64,000 nucleotides of DNA from Heterodontus francisci (Eukaryota). Below, one piece after another: positions 12,501-26,800 of the stretch. The translations under genes were made by a program, and so were the position numbers. The notes beneath the pieces are model-generated. The model saw nothing but the letters and a program-made list of their open reading frames with translations, was not told the origin of the DNA and ran no database searches. The stretch lies in assembly GCF_036365525.1 (NCBI RefSeq), contig NC_090373.1:72245271-72309270 (forward strand), read 5' to 3'. Position 1 is the stretch's first letter. The number at the start of each line of letters is the position of its first letter.

Positions 12501-14830
12501 GTGATTCGCAGTGGTGTGAATCGCAGTGGTGTGAATCGCAGTGGTGTGAATCTCAGTGGTGTGATTCTCAATGGTGAGATTCTCAGTGGTATGATTCCCA
12601 GTGTTGTGATTCCCAGTGGTGGTATTACCAGTAGTGTGATTCCCAGTGGCGTGATTCCCAGTGGAGAGATTCTCAGTGGTGTGAATCGCAGTGGTGTGAA
12701 TCGCAGTGGTGTGAATCGCAGTGGTGTGAATCGCAGTGGTGTGAATCTCAGTGGTGTGATTCTCAATGGTGTTATTCTCAGTGTTGTGATTCTCAGTGGT
12801 GTAAATCTAAGTAATGTGATTCTCAGTGGTGAGATTCCCAGTTGTGTTATTCTCAGTGATCTGATTCTCAGTGGTGTGAATCTCAGTGGTGTGAATCTCA
12901 GTGGTGTGAATCTCAGTAGTTTGATTCTCAGTGGTGAGATTCTCAGTGGTGTGAATCTCAGTGGTGTGCATCTCAGTGGTGAGATTCTCAGTGGTGAGAT
13001 TCCCAGTGGTGAGATTCTCAGTGGTCTGAATCTCAGTGAGATTCTCAGTGGTGTGAATCTCAGTGGTGTGAATCTCAATGGTGTGATTCTCAGTGGTTTC
13101 AGTCTCAGTGGTGTGATTCTCAGTGGTGTGATTCTCAGTGGTGTGAATCTCAGTGGTGTGATTCTCAGTGGTGTGATTATCCGTGAAGTGAATCTCCGCC
13201 GTGAGAATCTCAGTGGTGTGATTCTCAGTGGTGTGATTCTCAGTGGTGTGAATCTCAGTGGTGTGAATCTCAGTGGTGATATTCTCAGTGGTGAGATTCT
13301 CAGTGGTGAGATTATCAGTGGTGTGAATCTCAATGGTGTGAATCGCAGTGGTGAGATTCTCAGTGGTGTGATTCCCAGTGGTGGTATTATCAGTGGTGTG
13401 ATTCCCAGTGGTGTGATTCCCAGTGGTGTGATTCCCAGTGGTGTGATTCCCAGTGGTGAGATTCCCAGTGGTGTGAATCCCAGTTATCTGATTCTCAGTG
13501 GTGAGATCCTCAGTGGTGAGATCCTCAGTGGTGTGATCCTTAGTGGTGTGATTCCCAGTGGTGTGATTCGCAGTGATCTGATTCTCAGTGTTGCGATTCT
13601 CAGTGGTCTGATTCTCAGTGGTGAGTTTCTCAATGGTGTGATTCTCAGTGGTGTGAATCTCTGGTGAGATTCTCAGTGGTGAGATTCTCAGTGGTGTGAA
13701 TCTCAGTGTTGTGAATCTCAGTGGTGAGATTCTCAGTGGTGAGATTCCCAGTGGTGAGATTCTCAGTGGTGTGAATCTCAGTGGAGTGATTCCCAGCGGT
13801 GAGATTCTCAGTGGTTTGATTCTCAGTGGTGTGATGCCCATCGGTGAGATTCTCAGTGCTGTGATTCTCAGTGGTGTGATTCCCAGCGGTGAGATTCTCA
13901 GCGGTGAGATTCTCAGTGGTGTGGTTCTCAGTGGTGTGGTTCTCAGTGGTGTGAATCTCAGTGGTGTGAATCTCAGTGGTGTGAATCTCTGTGGTGTGAA
14001 TCACTGTGGTGTGAATCTCAGTGGTGTGATTCTCAGTGGTGTGATTCTCAGTGGTGTGAATCTCAGTGGTGTGAATCTCAGTGGTGTGATTCTCAGTGGT
14101 GAGATTCTCAGTGGTTTGATTCTCAGTGGCATATTCACAGTGGTGTGATTCTCAGTGTTGTGATTCCCAGTGGTGAGATTCGCAGTGGTGAGATGCCCAG
14201 TGGTGCGATTCCCAGTGGTGTGGTTCTCAGTGATGTGATTCCCAGTGGAGAGCTTCTCAGTGGCGTCATTGCCAGTGTTGAGATTGCCAGTGTTGAGATT
14301 GCCAGTGCTGAGATTCTCACTGGTGAGATTCTCAGTGGTGTGATTGCCAGTGCTGAAATTCCCAGTGCTGAGATTCCCAGTGCTGAGATTCCCAGTGGTG
14401 AGATTCCCAGTGGTGAGATTCCCAGTGGTGAGATTCTCAGTGGTGTGAATCTCAGTGGTGATATTCTCAGTTGTGAGATTGTCAGTGGTGTGATTCCCAG
14501 TGGTGAGATTCTCAGTGGTGTGATTGCCAGTTTTGAGATTCTCAGTGGTGTGATTCTCAGTGGTGAGATTCCCAGTGGTGAGATTCCCAGTGGTGAGATT
14601 CCCAGTGGAGAGATTCTCAATTGTGTGATTCCCAGTGTTGTGATTCCCAGTAGTGTGATTCCCTGTGGTGTGATTCCCAATGGTGAGATTCTCAGTGGTG
14701 TGATTCCCAGTGTTGTGATTCCCAGTGGTGGTATTACCAGTAGTGTGATTCCCAGTGGCGTGATTCCCAGTGGAGAGATTCTCAGTGATGTGATTCTCAG
14801 TGGTGTGAATCGCAGTGGCGTGAATCTCAG
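9600..14830. repeat. Higher-order tandem duplication within the array, unit about 2.6-2.7 kb
   Basis: Rare markers recur in the same order: CCCAGAGGAGAGATTCTCAATCGT (~9633, ~12222), GATCCTTAGT (~10901, ~13535), CCCATCGGT (~11158, ~13837) and GAGATGCCC (~11511, ~14190). Boundaries are approximate. Confidence 0.85.
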
Positions 14831-17800
14831 TGGCGTGAATCTCAGTGGCATGAATCGCAGTGGTGTGTATCACAGTGGTGTGAATCGCAGTGGTGTGAAT
14901 CTCAGTGGTGTAAATCTAAGTAATGTGATTCTCAGTGGTGAGATTCCCAGTTGTGTTATTCTCAGTGATCTGATTCTCAGTGGTGTGAATCTCAGTAGTT
15001 TGATTCTCAGTGGTGAGATTCTCAGTGGTGTGAATCTCAGTGGTGTGCATCTCAGTGGTCTGAATCGCAGTGGTGAGATTCTCAGTGGTGTGATTCTCAG
15101 TGGTCTGAATCTCAGTGAGATTCTCAGTGGTGTGAATCGCAGTGGTGTGAAGCTCAATGGTTTGATTCTCAGTGGTTTCAGTCTCAGTGGTGTGATTCTC
15201 AGTGGTGTGATTCTCAGTGGTGTGAATCTCAGTGGTGTGAATCTCAGTGGTGTGATTCTCAGTGGTGTGATTCTCAGTGGTCTGAATCTCAGTGATATTC
15301 TCCGTGGTGTGAATCTCAGCCGTGGGAATCACAGTGGTGGGAATCTCAGTGATGTGAACCTCAGTGGTGTGAATCTCAGAGGTGTGATTCTCAATCATGA
15401 GATTCTCAGTGTTCTGATTCTCAGTGGTGAGATTCTCAGTGGTGAGATTCTCGGTGTTGTTCATCTCAATGCTGAGATTCTCTGTGGTGAGATTTTCAGT
15501 GGTGTGAATCTTAGTGCTGAGATTCTCAGTATTCTGATTCTCAGTGTTCTGATTCTCTGGTGAGATTCTCAGTCGTCGAATTCTCAGTGGTTTCAGTCTC
15601 TGGTGTAAATCTCAGTGGTGCGAATCTCAGTGGTGTGAATCTCAGTGGTAAGATTCCCAGTGGTGTTATTCTCAGTGATCTGATTCTCGGTGTGAATCTC
15701 AGTGGTGTGATTCTCAGTGGTGTGATTCTCAGTGGTGTGAATCTCAGTGGTGTGAATCTCAGTGGTGTGATTCTCAGTGGTGTGAATCTCAGTGGTAAGA
15801 TTCCCAGTGGTGTTATTCTCAGTGATCTGATTCTCGGTGTGAATCTCAGTGGTGTGACTCTCAGTGGTGTGAATCTCAGTGGTGGGATTCCCAGTGGTGT
15901 TATTCTCAGTGGTGTTATTCTCAGTGGTGTTATTCTCAGTGGTGTTATTCTCAGTGGTGCGATTCTCAGTGGTGCGATTCTCATCGGTGCGATTCTCAGT
16001 GGTGTGAATCTCAGAGGTGAGATTCTCAGTGGTGCGATTCTAAGTGGTGCGAATCTCAGTGTTTTCAGTCTCAGTGGTGTGATTCTCAATGGTGTGATTC
16101 TCAGTGGTCTGAATCTCAGTGGTGTGAATCTCAGTGGTGAGATTCCCAGTGGTGTTATTCTCAGTGGTGTGAATCTCAGTGGTTTGAATCTCAGTGGTGT
16201 GAATCTCAGTGGTGTGATTCTCAGTGGTGTGATTCTCGTGGTGCGATTCTCAGTGGTGCGATTCTCAGTGGTGCGAATCTCAGTGGTGCGAATCCCAGTG
16301 GTGCGATTCTCAGTGATGCGATTCTCAGTGGTGCGATTTTCAGTGGTGTTATTCCCAGTGGTGTGAATCTCAGTGGTGTGATTCTCAGTGGTGTGAATCT
16401 CAGTGGTGTGAATTTCAGTGGTGTGATTCTCAGTGGTGTGAATCTCAGTGGTGTGAATCTCAGTGGTGTGATTCTCAGTGGTTTCAGTCTCAGTGGTGCG
16501 ATTCTCAGTGGTCTGAATCTCAGTGGTGAGATTCTCAGCGGTGTGAATCTCAGCCGTGTGATTCTCAGTGGTGTGAATCTCAGTAGCGTGAATCTCAGTG
16601 GTGTGATTCTCAGTGGTGTGAATCTCAGTGGTGTGAATTTCAGTGGTGAGATTCTCAGTGATGTGAATCTCAGTGGTGTGATTCTCAGTGGTGTGAATCT
16701 CAGTGGTGTGAATCTCAGTGGTGAGGTTCTCAGTCTTCTGATTCTCAGTGGTGAGATACTCAGTGGTGAGATTCTCAGTGGTGTGATTCTCAGTCTTGAG
16801 ATTCTCAGTGGTGAGATTCCCAGTGGTGAGATTCCCAGTGGTGAGATTCCCAGTGGAGAGATTCTCAATTGTGTGATTCCCAGTGTTGTGATTCCCAGTA
16901 GTGTGATTCCCTGTGGTGTGATTCCCAATGGTGAGATTCTCAGTGGTGTGATTCCCAGTGTTGTGATTCCCAGTGGTGGTATTACCAGTAGTGTGATTCC
17001 CAGTGGCGTGATTCCCAGTGGAGAGATTCTCAGTGATGTGATTCTCAGTGGTGTGAATCGCAGTGGCGTGAATCTCAGTGGCGTGAATCTCAGTGGCGTG
17101 AATCGCAGTGGTGTGTATCGCAGTGGTGTGAATCGCAGTGGTGTGAATCGCAGTGGTGTGAATCTCAGTGGTGTAAATCTAAGTAATGTGATTCTCAGTG
17201 GTGATATTCCCAGTTGTGTTATTCTCAGTGATCTGATTCTCAGTGGTGTGAATCTCAGTAGTTTGATTCTCAGTGGTGAGATTCTCAGTGGTGTGAATCT
17301 CAGTGGTGTGCATCTCAGTGGTCTGAATCGCAGTGGTGAGATTCTCAGTGGTGTGATTCTCAGTGGTCTGAATCTCAGTGAGATTCTCAGTGGTGTGAAT
17401 CGCAGTGGTGTGAAGCTCAATGGTTTGATTCTCAGTGGTTTCAGTCTCAGTGGTGTGATTCTCAGTGGTGTGATTCTCAGTGGTGTGAATCTCAGTGGTG
17501 TGAATCTCAGTGGTGTGATTCTCAGTGGTGTGATTCTCAGTGGTCTGAATCTCAGTGATATTCTCCGTGGTGTGAATCTCAGCCGTGGGAATCACAGTGG
17601 TGGGAATCTCAGTGATTTGATTCTCAGTGATGTGAATCTCAGTGGTGTGAATCTCAGTGGTGTGAATCTCAGTGGTGAGATTCTCAGTGGTGAGATTCTC
17701 AGTGGTGAGATTCTCAGTGGTGTGAATCTCAGTGGTGTGAATCTCAGTGGTGTCATTCTCAATCCTGAGATTCTCAGTGTTCTGATTCTCAGTGGTGAGA

Positions 17801-20800
17801 TTCTCAGTGGTGAGGTTCTCTGTGTTGTTCATCTCAATGCTGAGATTCTCAGTGGTGAGATTCTCTGTGGTGAGATTTTCAGTGGTGTGAATCTCAATGC
17901 TGATATTCTCAGTATTCTGATTCTCAGTGTTCTGATTCCCAGTGGAGAGCTTCTCAGTGGTGAGATTCCCAGTGGTGAGATTCCCAGTGGTGAGATTCCC
18001 AGTGGTGTGAATCTCAGTGGTGTGAATCTCAGTGGTGAGATTCTCAGTGGTGAGATTCTCAGTGGTGAGATTCTCAGTGGTGTGAATCTCAGTGGTGTGA
18101 ATCTCAGTGGTGTGAATCTCAGTGGTGTCATTCTCAATCCTGAGATTCTCAGTGTTCTGATTCTCAGTGGTGAGATTCTCAGTGGTGAGGTTCTCTGTGT
18201 TGTTCATCTCAATGCTGAGATTCTCAGTGGTGAGATTCTCTGTGGTGAGATTTTCAGTGGTGTGAATCTCAATGCTGATATTCTCAGTATTCTGATTCTC
18301 AGTGTTCTGATTCCCAGTGGAGAGCTTCTCAGTGGTGAGATTCCCAGTGGTGAGATTCCCAGTGGTGAGATTCCCAGTGGTGAGATTCTCAGTGGTGAGA
18401 TTCTCAGTGGTGTGAATCTCAGTGGTGTGAATCTCAGTGGTGTGCATCTCAGTTGTCTGAATCTCAGTGGTGAGATTCTCAGTGGTGTGATTCTCAGTGG
18501 TCTGAATCTCAGTGAGATTCTCAGTGGTGTGAATCTCAGTGGTGTGAATCTCAATGGTGTGATTCTCAGTGGTTTCATTCTCAGTGGTTTCAGTCTCAGT
18601 GGTGTGATTCCCAGTGGTGAGATTCTCAGTGGTGTGATTGCCAGTTTTGAGATTCTCAGTGGTGCGATTCTCAGTGGTGAGATTCTCAGTGGTGAGATTC
18701 TCAGTGGTGAGATTCTCAGTGGTGTGATTCTCAGTGTTGTTGTTTCCCAGTGGTGTGATTCCCAGTGATGTGATTCCCAGTGGAGAGATTCTCAGTGATG
18801 TGATTCTCAGTGATGTGATTCCCAGTGGTGTGATTCTCAGTGGTGTGAATCTCAGTGGTGTGAATCTCAGTGGTTTGAATCTCAGTGGTGTGATTCTCAA
18901 TGGTGTTATTCTCAGTGGTGAGATTCCCAGTTGTGTTATTCTCAGTGATCTGATTCTCAGTGGTGTGAATCTCAGTGGTGTGAATCTCAGTAGTTTGATT
19001 CTCAGTGGTGAGTTTCTCAGTGGTGTGAATCTCAGTGGTGTGAATCTCAGTGGTGTGATTCTCAGTGGTCTGAATCTCAGTGAGATTCTCAGTGGTGTGA
19101 ATCTCAGTGGTGTGAATCTCAGTGGTCTGATTCTCAATGGTGTGAATCTCAGTGGTGTGATTGTCAGTGGTGTGAATCTCAGTGGTGTGATTCTCAGTGG
19201 TGTAAATCTCAATGGTGTGAATCTCAATGGTGTGATTCTCAGTGGTTTCAGTCTCAGTGGTTTCAGTCTCAGTGGTGTGATTCTCAGTGGTGTGATTCTC
19301 AGTGGTGTAAATCTCACTGGTGTGAATCTCAATGGTGTGAATCTCAATGGTGTGATTCTCAGTGGTTTCAGTCTCAGTGGTTTCAGTCTCAGTGGTGTGA
19401 TTCTCAGTGGTGTGATTCTCAGTGGTGTGAATCTCAGTGGTGTGAATCTCAGTGGTGTGAATCTCAGTGGTGTGAATCTCAGTGGTGTGATTCTCAGTGG
19501 TGTGATTCTCAGTGGTGTGATTATCTGTGGTGTGAATCTCAGCCGTGGGAATCACAGTGGTGGGAATCTCAGTGATGTGATTCTCAGTGGTGTGAATCTC
19601 AGTGGTGTGAATCTCAGTGGTGAGATTCTCAGTGGTGAGATTCTCAGTGGTGAGATTCTCAGTGGTGTGAATCTCAGTGGTGTGAATCTCAGTGGTGTGA
19701 ATCTCAGTGATGTGAATCTCAGTGGTGTCATTCTCAATCCTGAGATTCTCAGTGTTCTGATTCTCAGTGGTGAGATTCTCAGTGGTGAGGTTCTCTGTGT
19801 TGTTAATCTCAATGCTGAGATTCTCAGTGGTGTGATTCTCAGTGGTGAGATTCTCTGTGGTGAGATTTTCAGTGGTGTGAATCTCAATGCTGAGATTCTC
19901 AGTATTCTGATTCTCAGTGTTCTGATTCTCAGTGGTGAGATTCTCTGTGGTGAGATTTTCAGTGGTGTGAATCTCAATGCTGAGATTCTCAGTATTCTGA
20001 TTCTCAGTGTTCTGATTCTCAGTGTTGAGATTCTCAGTCGTCTAATTCTCAGTGGTTTCAGTCTCAGTGGTGTAAATCTCAGTGGTGCGAATCTCAGTGG
20101 TGCGAATCTCAGTGGTGCGAATCTCTGTGGTGTTAATCTCAGTGATGTGAATCTCAGTGGTGTGAATCTCAACGGTGTCAGTCTCAGTGGTTTCAGTCTC
20201 AGTGGTGTGATTCTCAGTGGTGTGATTCTCAGTGATGTGAATTTCAGTGGTGTGATTCTCAGTGATGTGAATTTCAGTGGTGTGAATCTCAATGGTGTCA
20301 TTCTCAGTGGTTTCAGTCTCAGTGGTGTGATTCTCAGTGGTGTGAATCTCAGTGGTGTGAATCTCAGTAGTTTGATTCTCAGTGGTGAGTTTCTCAGTGG
20401 TGTGAATCTCAGTGGTGTGAATCTCAGTGGTGTGATTCTCAGTGGTCTGAATCTCAGTGAGATTCTCAGTGGTGTGAATCTCAGTGGTGTGAATCTCAGT
20501 GGTCTGATTCTCAATGGTGTGAATCTCAGTGGTGTGATTCTCAGTGGTGTGAATCTCAGTGGTGTGATTCTCAGTGGTGTAAATCTCAATGGTGTGAATC
20601 TCAATGGTGTGATTCTCAGTGGTTTCATTCTCAGTGGTTTCAGTCTCAGTGGTGTGATTCTCAGTGGTGTGATTCTCAGTGGTGTCAATCTCAGTGGTGT
20701 GAATCTCAGTGGTGTGAATCTCAGTGGTGTGATTCTCAGTGGTGTGATTCTCAGTGGTGTGATTATCCGTGGTGTGAATCTCAGCCGTGGGAATCACAGT

Positions 20801-22619
20801 GGTGGGAATCTCAGTGATGTGATTCTCAGTGGTGTGAATCTCAGTGGTGTGAATCTCAGTGGTGAGATTCTCAGTGGTGAGATTCTCAGTGGTGTGAATC
20901 TCAGTGGTGTGAATCTCAGTGATGTGAATCTCAGTGGTGTCATTCTCAATCCTGAGATTCTCAGTGTTCTGATTCTCAGTGGTGAGATTCTCAGTGGTGA
21001 GGTTCTCTGTGTTGTTAATCTCAATGCTGAGATTCTCAGTGGTGTGATTCTCAGTGGTGAGATTCTCTGTGGTGAGATTTTCAGTGGTGTGAATCTCAAT
21101 GCTGAGATTCTCAGTATTCTGATTCTCAGTGTTCTGATTCTCAGTGGTGAGATTCTCTGTGGTGAGATTTTCAGTGGTGTGAATCTCAATGCTGAGATTC
21201 TCAGTATTCTGATTCTCAGTGTTCTGATTCTCAGTGTTGAGATTCTCAGTCGTCTAATTCTCAGTGGTTTCAGTCTCAGTGGTGTAAATCTCAGTGGTGC
21301 GAATCTCAGTGGTGCGAATCTCAGTGGTGCGAATCTCTGTGGTGTTAATCTCAGTGATGTGAATCTCAGTGGTGTGAATCTCAACGGTGTCAGTCTCAGT
21401 GGTTTCAGTCTCAGTGGTGTGATTCTCAGTGGTGTGATTCTCAGTGATGTGAATTTCAGTGGTGTGATTCTCAGTGATGTGAATTTCAGTGGTGTGAATC
21501 TCAATGGTGTCATTCTCAGTGGTTTCAGTCACAGTGGTGTGATTCTCAGTGGTGTGAATCTCAGTGGTGTGATTCTCAGTGGTCTGAATCTCAGTGAGAT
21601 TCTCAGTGGTGTGAATCTCAGCCGTGTGAATCACCTTGGTGGGAATCTCAGTGGTGTGATTCTCAGTGGAGTGAATCACAGTGGTGTGAATCTCAGTGGT
21701 GTGAATCTCAGTGGTGAGATTCTCAGTGGTGAGATTCTCAGTGGTGAGTTTCTCAGTGGTGAGATTCTCAGTGGTGTGAATCTCAGTGGTGTGAATCTCA
21801 GTGGTGAGATTCTCAGTGTTGTGAATCTCAGTGGTGTGATTCTCAATGGTGTGAATCTCAGTGGTGTGATTCTCAGTGTTGTGAATCTCAGTGGTGTGAT
21901 TCTCAATGGTATGATTCACAGTGATGTAAATCTCAGTGGTGTGAATCTGTGGTGTGAATCTCAGTGGTGAGTTTCTCTATGGTGTGAATCTCAGTAATGT
22001 GATTCTCAGTGGTAAGATTCCCAGTGGTAAGATTCCCAGTTGTGTTATTCTCAGTGATCTCATTCTCAGTGGTGTGATTCCCACTGGTGTGATTCCCAGT
22101 GGTGTGATTCCCGGTGGTGGTATTATCATTGGTGGTATTATCAGTGGTGGTATTATCAGTGGTGTGATTCCCAGTGGTGTGATTCCCAGTGGTGTGATTC
22201 CCAGTGGTTAGATTCCCAGTAGTGAGTTCCTCAGTGGTGAGATTCCCAGTGGTGTGAATCCCAGTTATCTGATTCTCAGTGGTGTGAATCTCAGTGGTGT
22301 GGTTCTCAATGGTGTGATTCTCAGTGGTGTGAATCTCAGTGGTGTGATTCTCAGTGGTGTGAATCTCAGTGGTGTGAATCTCAGTAGTGTGAATCTCAGT
22401 GGTGTGATTCTCAATGGTGTAAATCTCAGTGGTGTAAATCTCAGTGGTGTGAATCTGTGGTGTGAATCTCAGTGGTGAGATTCTCAGTGGTGTGAATCTC
22501 AGTAATGTGATTCTCAGTGGTAAGATTCCCAGTGGTAAGATTCCCAGTTGTGTTATTCTCAGTGATCTCATTCTCAGTGGTGTGATTCTCAGTGGTCTGA
22601 ATCTCAGTGAGATTCTCAG

Positions 22620-22981
22620 ATTTAGATTTAGATTTTAGATTTAGAGATACAGCACTGAAACAGGCCCTTCGGCCCACCGAGTCTGTGCCGACCATTAACC
22701 ACCCATTTATACTAATCCTACACTAATCCCATATTCTTACCACATCCTCACCTGTCCCTATATTCCCCTACCACCTACCTTTACTAGGGATAATTTATAA
22801 TGGCCAATTTACCTAACAACTTGCAAGTCTTTTTGGCTGTGGGAGGAAACCGGAGCACCCGGAGGAAACCCACGCAGACACAGGGTGAACTTGTAAACTC
22901 CACAGAGGCAGTACCCAGAATTGAACCCGGGTTGCTGGAGCTGTGAGGCAGCGGTGCTAACCACTGCGCCACTGTGCCGCC
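22620..22981 (-). mobile_element. Second copy of the same V-SINE insertion, carried by a segmental duplication of the array
   Basis: Same length, same junctions and same irregular tail (ATTTAG ATTTAG ATTTTAG ATTTAG) as 8734-9095, at an offset of 13,886 bp. One substitution seen by eye (8893 A vs 22779 C). Confidence 0.92.
22917..22971 (-). promoter_or_regulatory. Pol III A/B boxes of SINE copy 2
   Basis: Identical to the boxes at 9031-9085. Confidence 0.78.
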
Positions 22982-23639
22982 CTCAGTGGTGTAAATCTCA
23001 GTGATGTGAATCTCAGTAGTGTGAAACTCAATGGTGTGATTCTCAGTGGTTTCAGTCTCAGTGGTGTGATTCTCAGTGGTGTGATTCTCAGTGGTGTGAT
23101 TCTCAGTGGTCTGAATCTCAGTGAGATTCTCAGTGGTGTGAATCACAGCCGTGTGAATCAGAGTGGTGTGAATCTCAATGGTGTGATTCTCAGTGGTTTC
23201 AGTCTCAGTGGTATGATTCTCAGTGGTGTGATTCTCAGTGGTGTGATTCTCAGTGGCTTGATTCTCAGTGGCGTGATTCTCAGTGGTGTGAATCTCAGTG
23301 GTGTGAATCTCAGTGGTGAGATTCCCAGTGGTGAGATTCCCAGTGGTGTGAATCTCAGTGGTGTGTATCTCAGTGGTGTGAATCTCAATGGTGTGATTCT
23401 CAGTGGTTTCAGTCTCAGTGGTGTGATTCTCAGTGGTCTGAATCTCAGTGGTGAGATTCTCAGCGGTGTGAATCTCAGCCGTGTGATTCTCAGTGGTGTG
23501 AATCTCAGTAGCGTGAATCTCAGTGGTGTGATTCTCAGTGGTGTGAATCTCAGTGGTGTGAATTTCAGTGGTGTGATTCTCAGTGGTGTGAATCTCAGTG
23601 GTGTGAATCTCAGTGGTGTGATTCTCAATGGTTTCAGTC

Positions 23640-26600
23640 TCAGTGGTGCGATTCTCAGTGGTCTGAATCTCAGTGGTGAGATTCTCAGCGGTGTGAATCT
23701 CAGCCGTGTGATTCTCAGTGGTGTGAATCTCAGTAGCGTGAATCTCAGTGGTGTGATTCTCAGTGGTGTGAATCTCAGTGGTGTGAATTTCAGTGGTGAG
23801 ATTCTCAGTGATGTGAATCTCAGTGGTGTGATTCTCAGTGGTGTGATTCTCAGTGGTGTGAATGTCAGTGGTGTGAATCTCAGTGGTGTGATTCTCAGTC
23901 TTGAGATTCTCTGTGGTGAGATTCTCTGGTGAGAATCTCTGTGGTGTGAATCTCAATGCTGAGATTCTCAGTATTCTGATTCTCAGTGGTGAGATTCTCA
24001 GTAGTCTTAGTCTCAGTGGTGAGAATCTCAGTGGCGGGAATCTCAGTGGCGTGTATCTCAGTGGAATAAATCTCAGTGTTGTGAATCTCAGTGGTGTGAT
24101 TCTCAGTGGTGTGATTCTCAGTGGTGTGATTCTCAGTGGTGTGAATCTCAGTGGTGTGAATTTCAGTGGTGTGATTCTCAGTCGTGTGATTCTCAGTGGT
24201 GTGATTCTCAGTGGTGTGAATCTCAGTGGTGGGAATCTCAGTGATGTGAACCTCAGTGGTGTGAATCTCAGAGGTGTGATTCTCAATCATGAGATTCTCA
24301 GTGTTCTGATTCTCAGTGGTGAGATTCTCAGTGATGAGATTCTCGGTGTTGTTCATCTCAATGCTGAGATTCTCTGTGGTGAGATTTTCAGTGGTGTGAA
24401 TCTTAGTGCTGAGATTCTCAGTATTCTGATTCTCAGTGTTCTGATTCTCTGGTGAGATTCTCAGTCGTCTAATTCTCAGTGGTTTCAGTCTCTGGTGTAA
24501 ATCTCAGTGGTGCGAATCTCAGTGGTGTGAATCTCAGTGGTAAGATTCCCAGTGGTGTTATTCTCAGTGATCTGATTCTCGGTGTGAATCTCAGTGGTGT
24601 GATTCTCAGTGGTGTGATTCTCAGTGGTGTGAATCTCAGTGGTGTGAATCTCAGTGGTGTGATTCTCAGTGGTGTGAATCTCAGTGGTAAGATTCCCAGT
24701 GGTGTTATTCTCAGTGATCTGATTCTCGGTGTGAATCTCAGTGGTGTGAATCTCAGTGGTGTGAATCTCAGTGGTGGGATTCCCAGTGGTGTTATTCTCA
24801 GTGGTGTTATTCTCAGTGGTGTTATTCTCAGTGGTGCGATTCTCAGTGGTGCGATTCTCATCGGTGCGATTCTCAGTGGTGTGAATCTCAGAGGTGAGAT
24901 TCTCAGTGGTGCGATTCTCAGTGGTGCGAATCTCAGTGTTTTCAGTCTCAGTGGTGTGATTCTCAATGGTGTGATTCTCAGTGGTCTGAATCTCAGTGGT
25001 GTGAATCTCAGTGGTGAGATTCCCAGTGGTGTTATTCTCAGTGGTGTGAATCTCAGTGGTTTGAATCTCAGTGGTGTGCATCTCAGTGGTGTGATTCTCA
25101 GTGGTGTGATTCTCGTGGTGCGATTCTCAGTGGTGCGATTCTCAGTGGTGCGAATCTCAGTGGTGCGAATCCCAGTGGTGCGAATCTCAGTGATGCGATT
25201 CTCAGTGGTGCGATTTTCAGTGGTGTTATTCCCAGTGGTGTGAATCTCAGTGGTGTGATTCTCAGTGGTGTGAATCTCAGTGGTGTGAATTTCAGTGGTG
25301 TGATTCTCAGTGGTGTGAATCTCAGTGGTGTGAATCTCAGTGGTGTGATTCTCAGTGGTTTCAGTCTCAGTGGTGCGATTCTCAGTGGTCTGAATCTCAG
25401 TGGTGACATTCTCAGCGGTGTGAATCTCAGCCGTGTGATTCTCAGTGGTGTGAATCTCAGTAGCGTGAATCTCAGTGGTGTGATTCTCAGTGGTGTGAAT
25501 CTCAGTGGTGTGAATTTCAGTGGTGAGATTCTCAGTGATGTGAATCTCAGTGGTGTGATTCTCAGTGGTGTGAATCTCAGTGGTGTGAATCTCAGTGGTG
25601 AGATTCTCAGTCTTCTGATTCTCAGTGGTGAGATACTCAGTGGTGAGATTCTCAGTGGTGTGATTCTCAGTCTTGAGATTCTCTGTGGTGAGATTCTCTG
25701 GTGAGATTCTCTGTGGTGTGAATCTCAATGCTGAGATTCTCAGTATTCTGATTCTTAGTGGTGAGATTCTCAGTAGTCTTAGTCTCAGTGGTGAGAATCT
25801 CAGTGGCGGGAATCTCAGTGGCGTGTATCTCAGTGGAATGAATCTCAGTGTTGTGAATCTCAGTGGTGTGATTCTCAGTGGTGTGATTCTCAGTGGTGTG
25901 ATTCTCAGTGGTGTGAATCTCAGTGGTGTGAATTTCAGTGGTGAGATTCTCAGTCGTGTGATTCTCAGTGGTGTGATTCTCAGTGGTGTGATTCTCAGTG
26001 GTGTGAATCTCAGTGGTGGGAATCTCAGTGATGTGAACCTCAGTGGTGTGAATCTCAGAGGTGTGATTCTCAATCATGAGATTCTCAGTGTTCTGATTCT
26101 CAGTGGTGAGATTCTCAGTGGTGAGATTCTCGGTGTTGTTCATCTCAATGCTGAGATTCTCTGTGGTGAGATTTTCAGTGGTGTGAATCTTAGTGCTGAG
26201 ATTCTCAGTATTCTGATTCTCAGTGTTCTGATTCTCTGGTGAGATTCTCAGTCGTCTAATTCTCAGTGGTTTCAGTCTCTGGTGTAAATCTCAGTGGTGC
26301 GAATCTCAGTGGTGTGAATCTCAGTGGTAAGATTCCCAGTGGTGTTATTCTCAGTGATCTGATTCTCGGTGTGAATCTCAGTGGTGTGATTCTCAGTGGT
26401 GTGATTCTCAGTGGTGTGAATCTCAGTGGTGTGAATCTCAGTGGTGTGATTCTCAGTGGTGTGAATCTCAGTGGTAAGATTCCCAGTGGTGTCATTCTCA
26501 GTGATCTGATTCTCAGTGTGAATCTCAGTGGTGTGAATCTCAGTGGTGTGAATCTCAGTGGTGGGATTCCCAGTGGTGTTATTCTCAGCGGTGTTATTCT

Positions 26601-26800
26601 CAGTGGTGTTATTCTCAGTGGTGCGATTCTCAGTGGTGTGATTCTCAGTGGTGCGATTCTCATTGGTGCGATTCTCAGTGGTGTGAATCTCAGAGGTGAG
26701 AGTCTCAGTGGTGCGATTCTCAGTGGTGCGAATCTCAGTGTTTTCAGTCTCAGTGGTGTGATTCTCAATGGTGTGATTCTCAGTGGTCTGAATCTCAGTG
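23640..26800. repeat. Higher-order duplication, period about 1.77-1.79 kb; related to the block at ~15.35-16.8 kb
   Basis: AGTAGTCTTAGTCTC at ~24000 and ~25772. CTCAATCATGAG at ~15390, ~24282 and ~26069. The translated blocks 23901-24455 and 25673-26242 are nearly identical. Confidence 0.8.
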
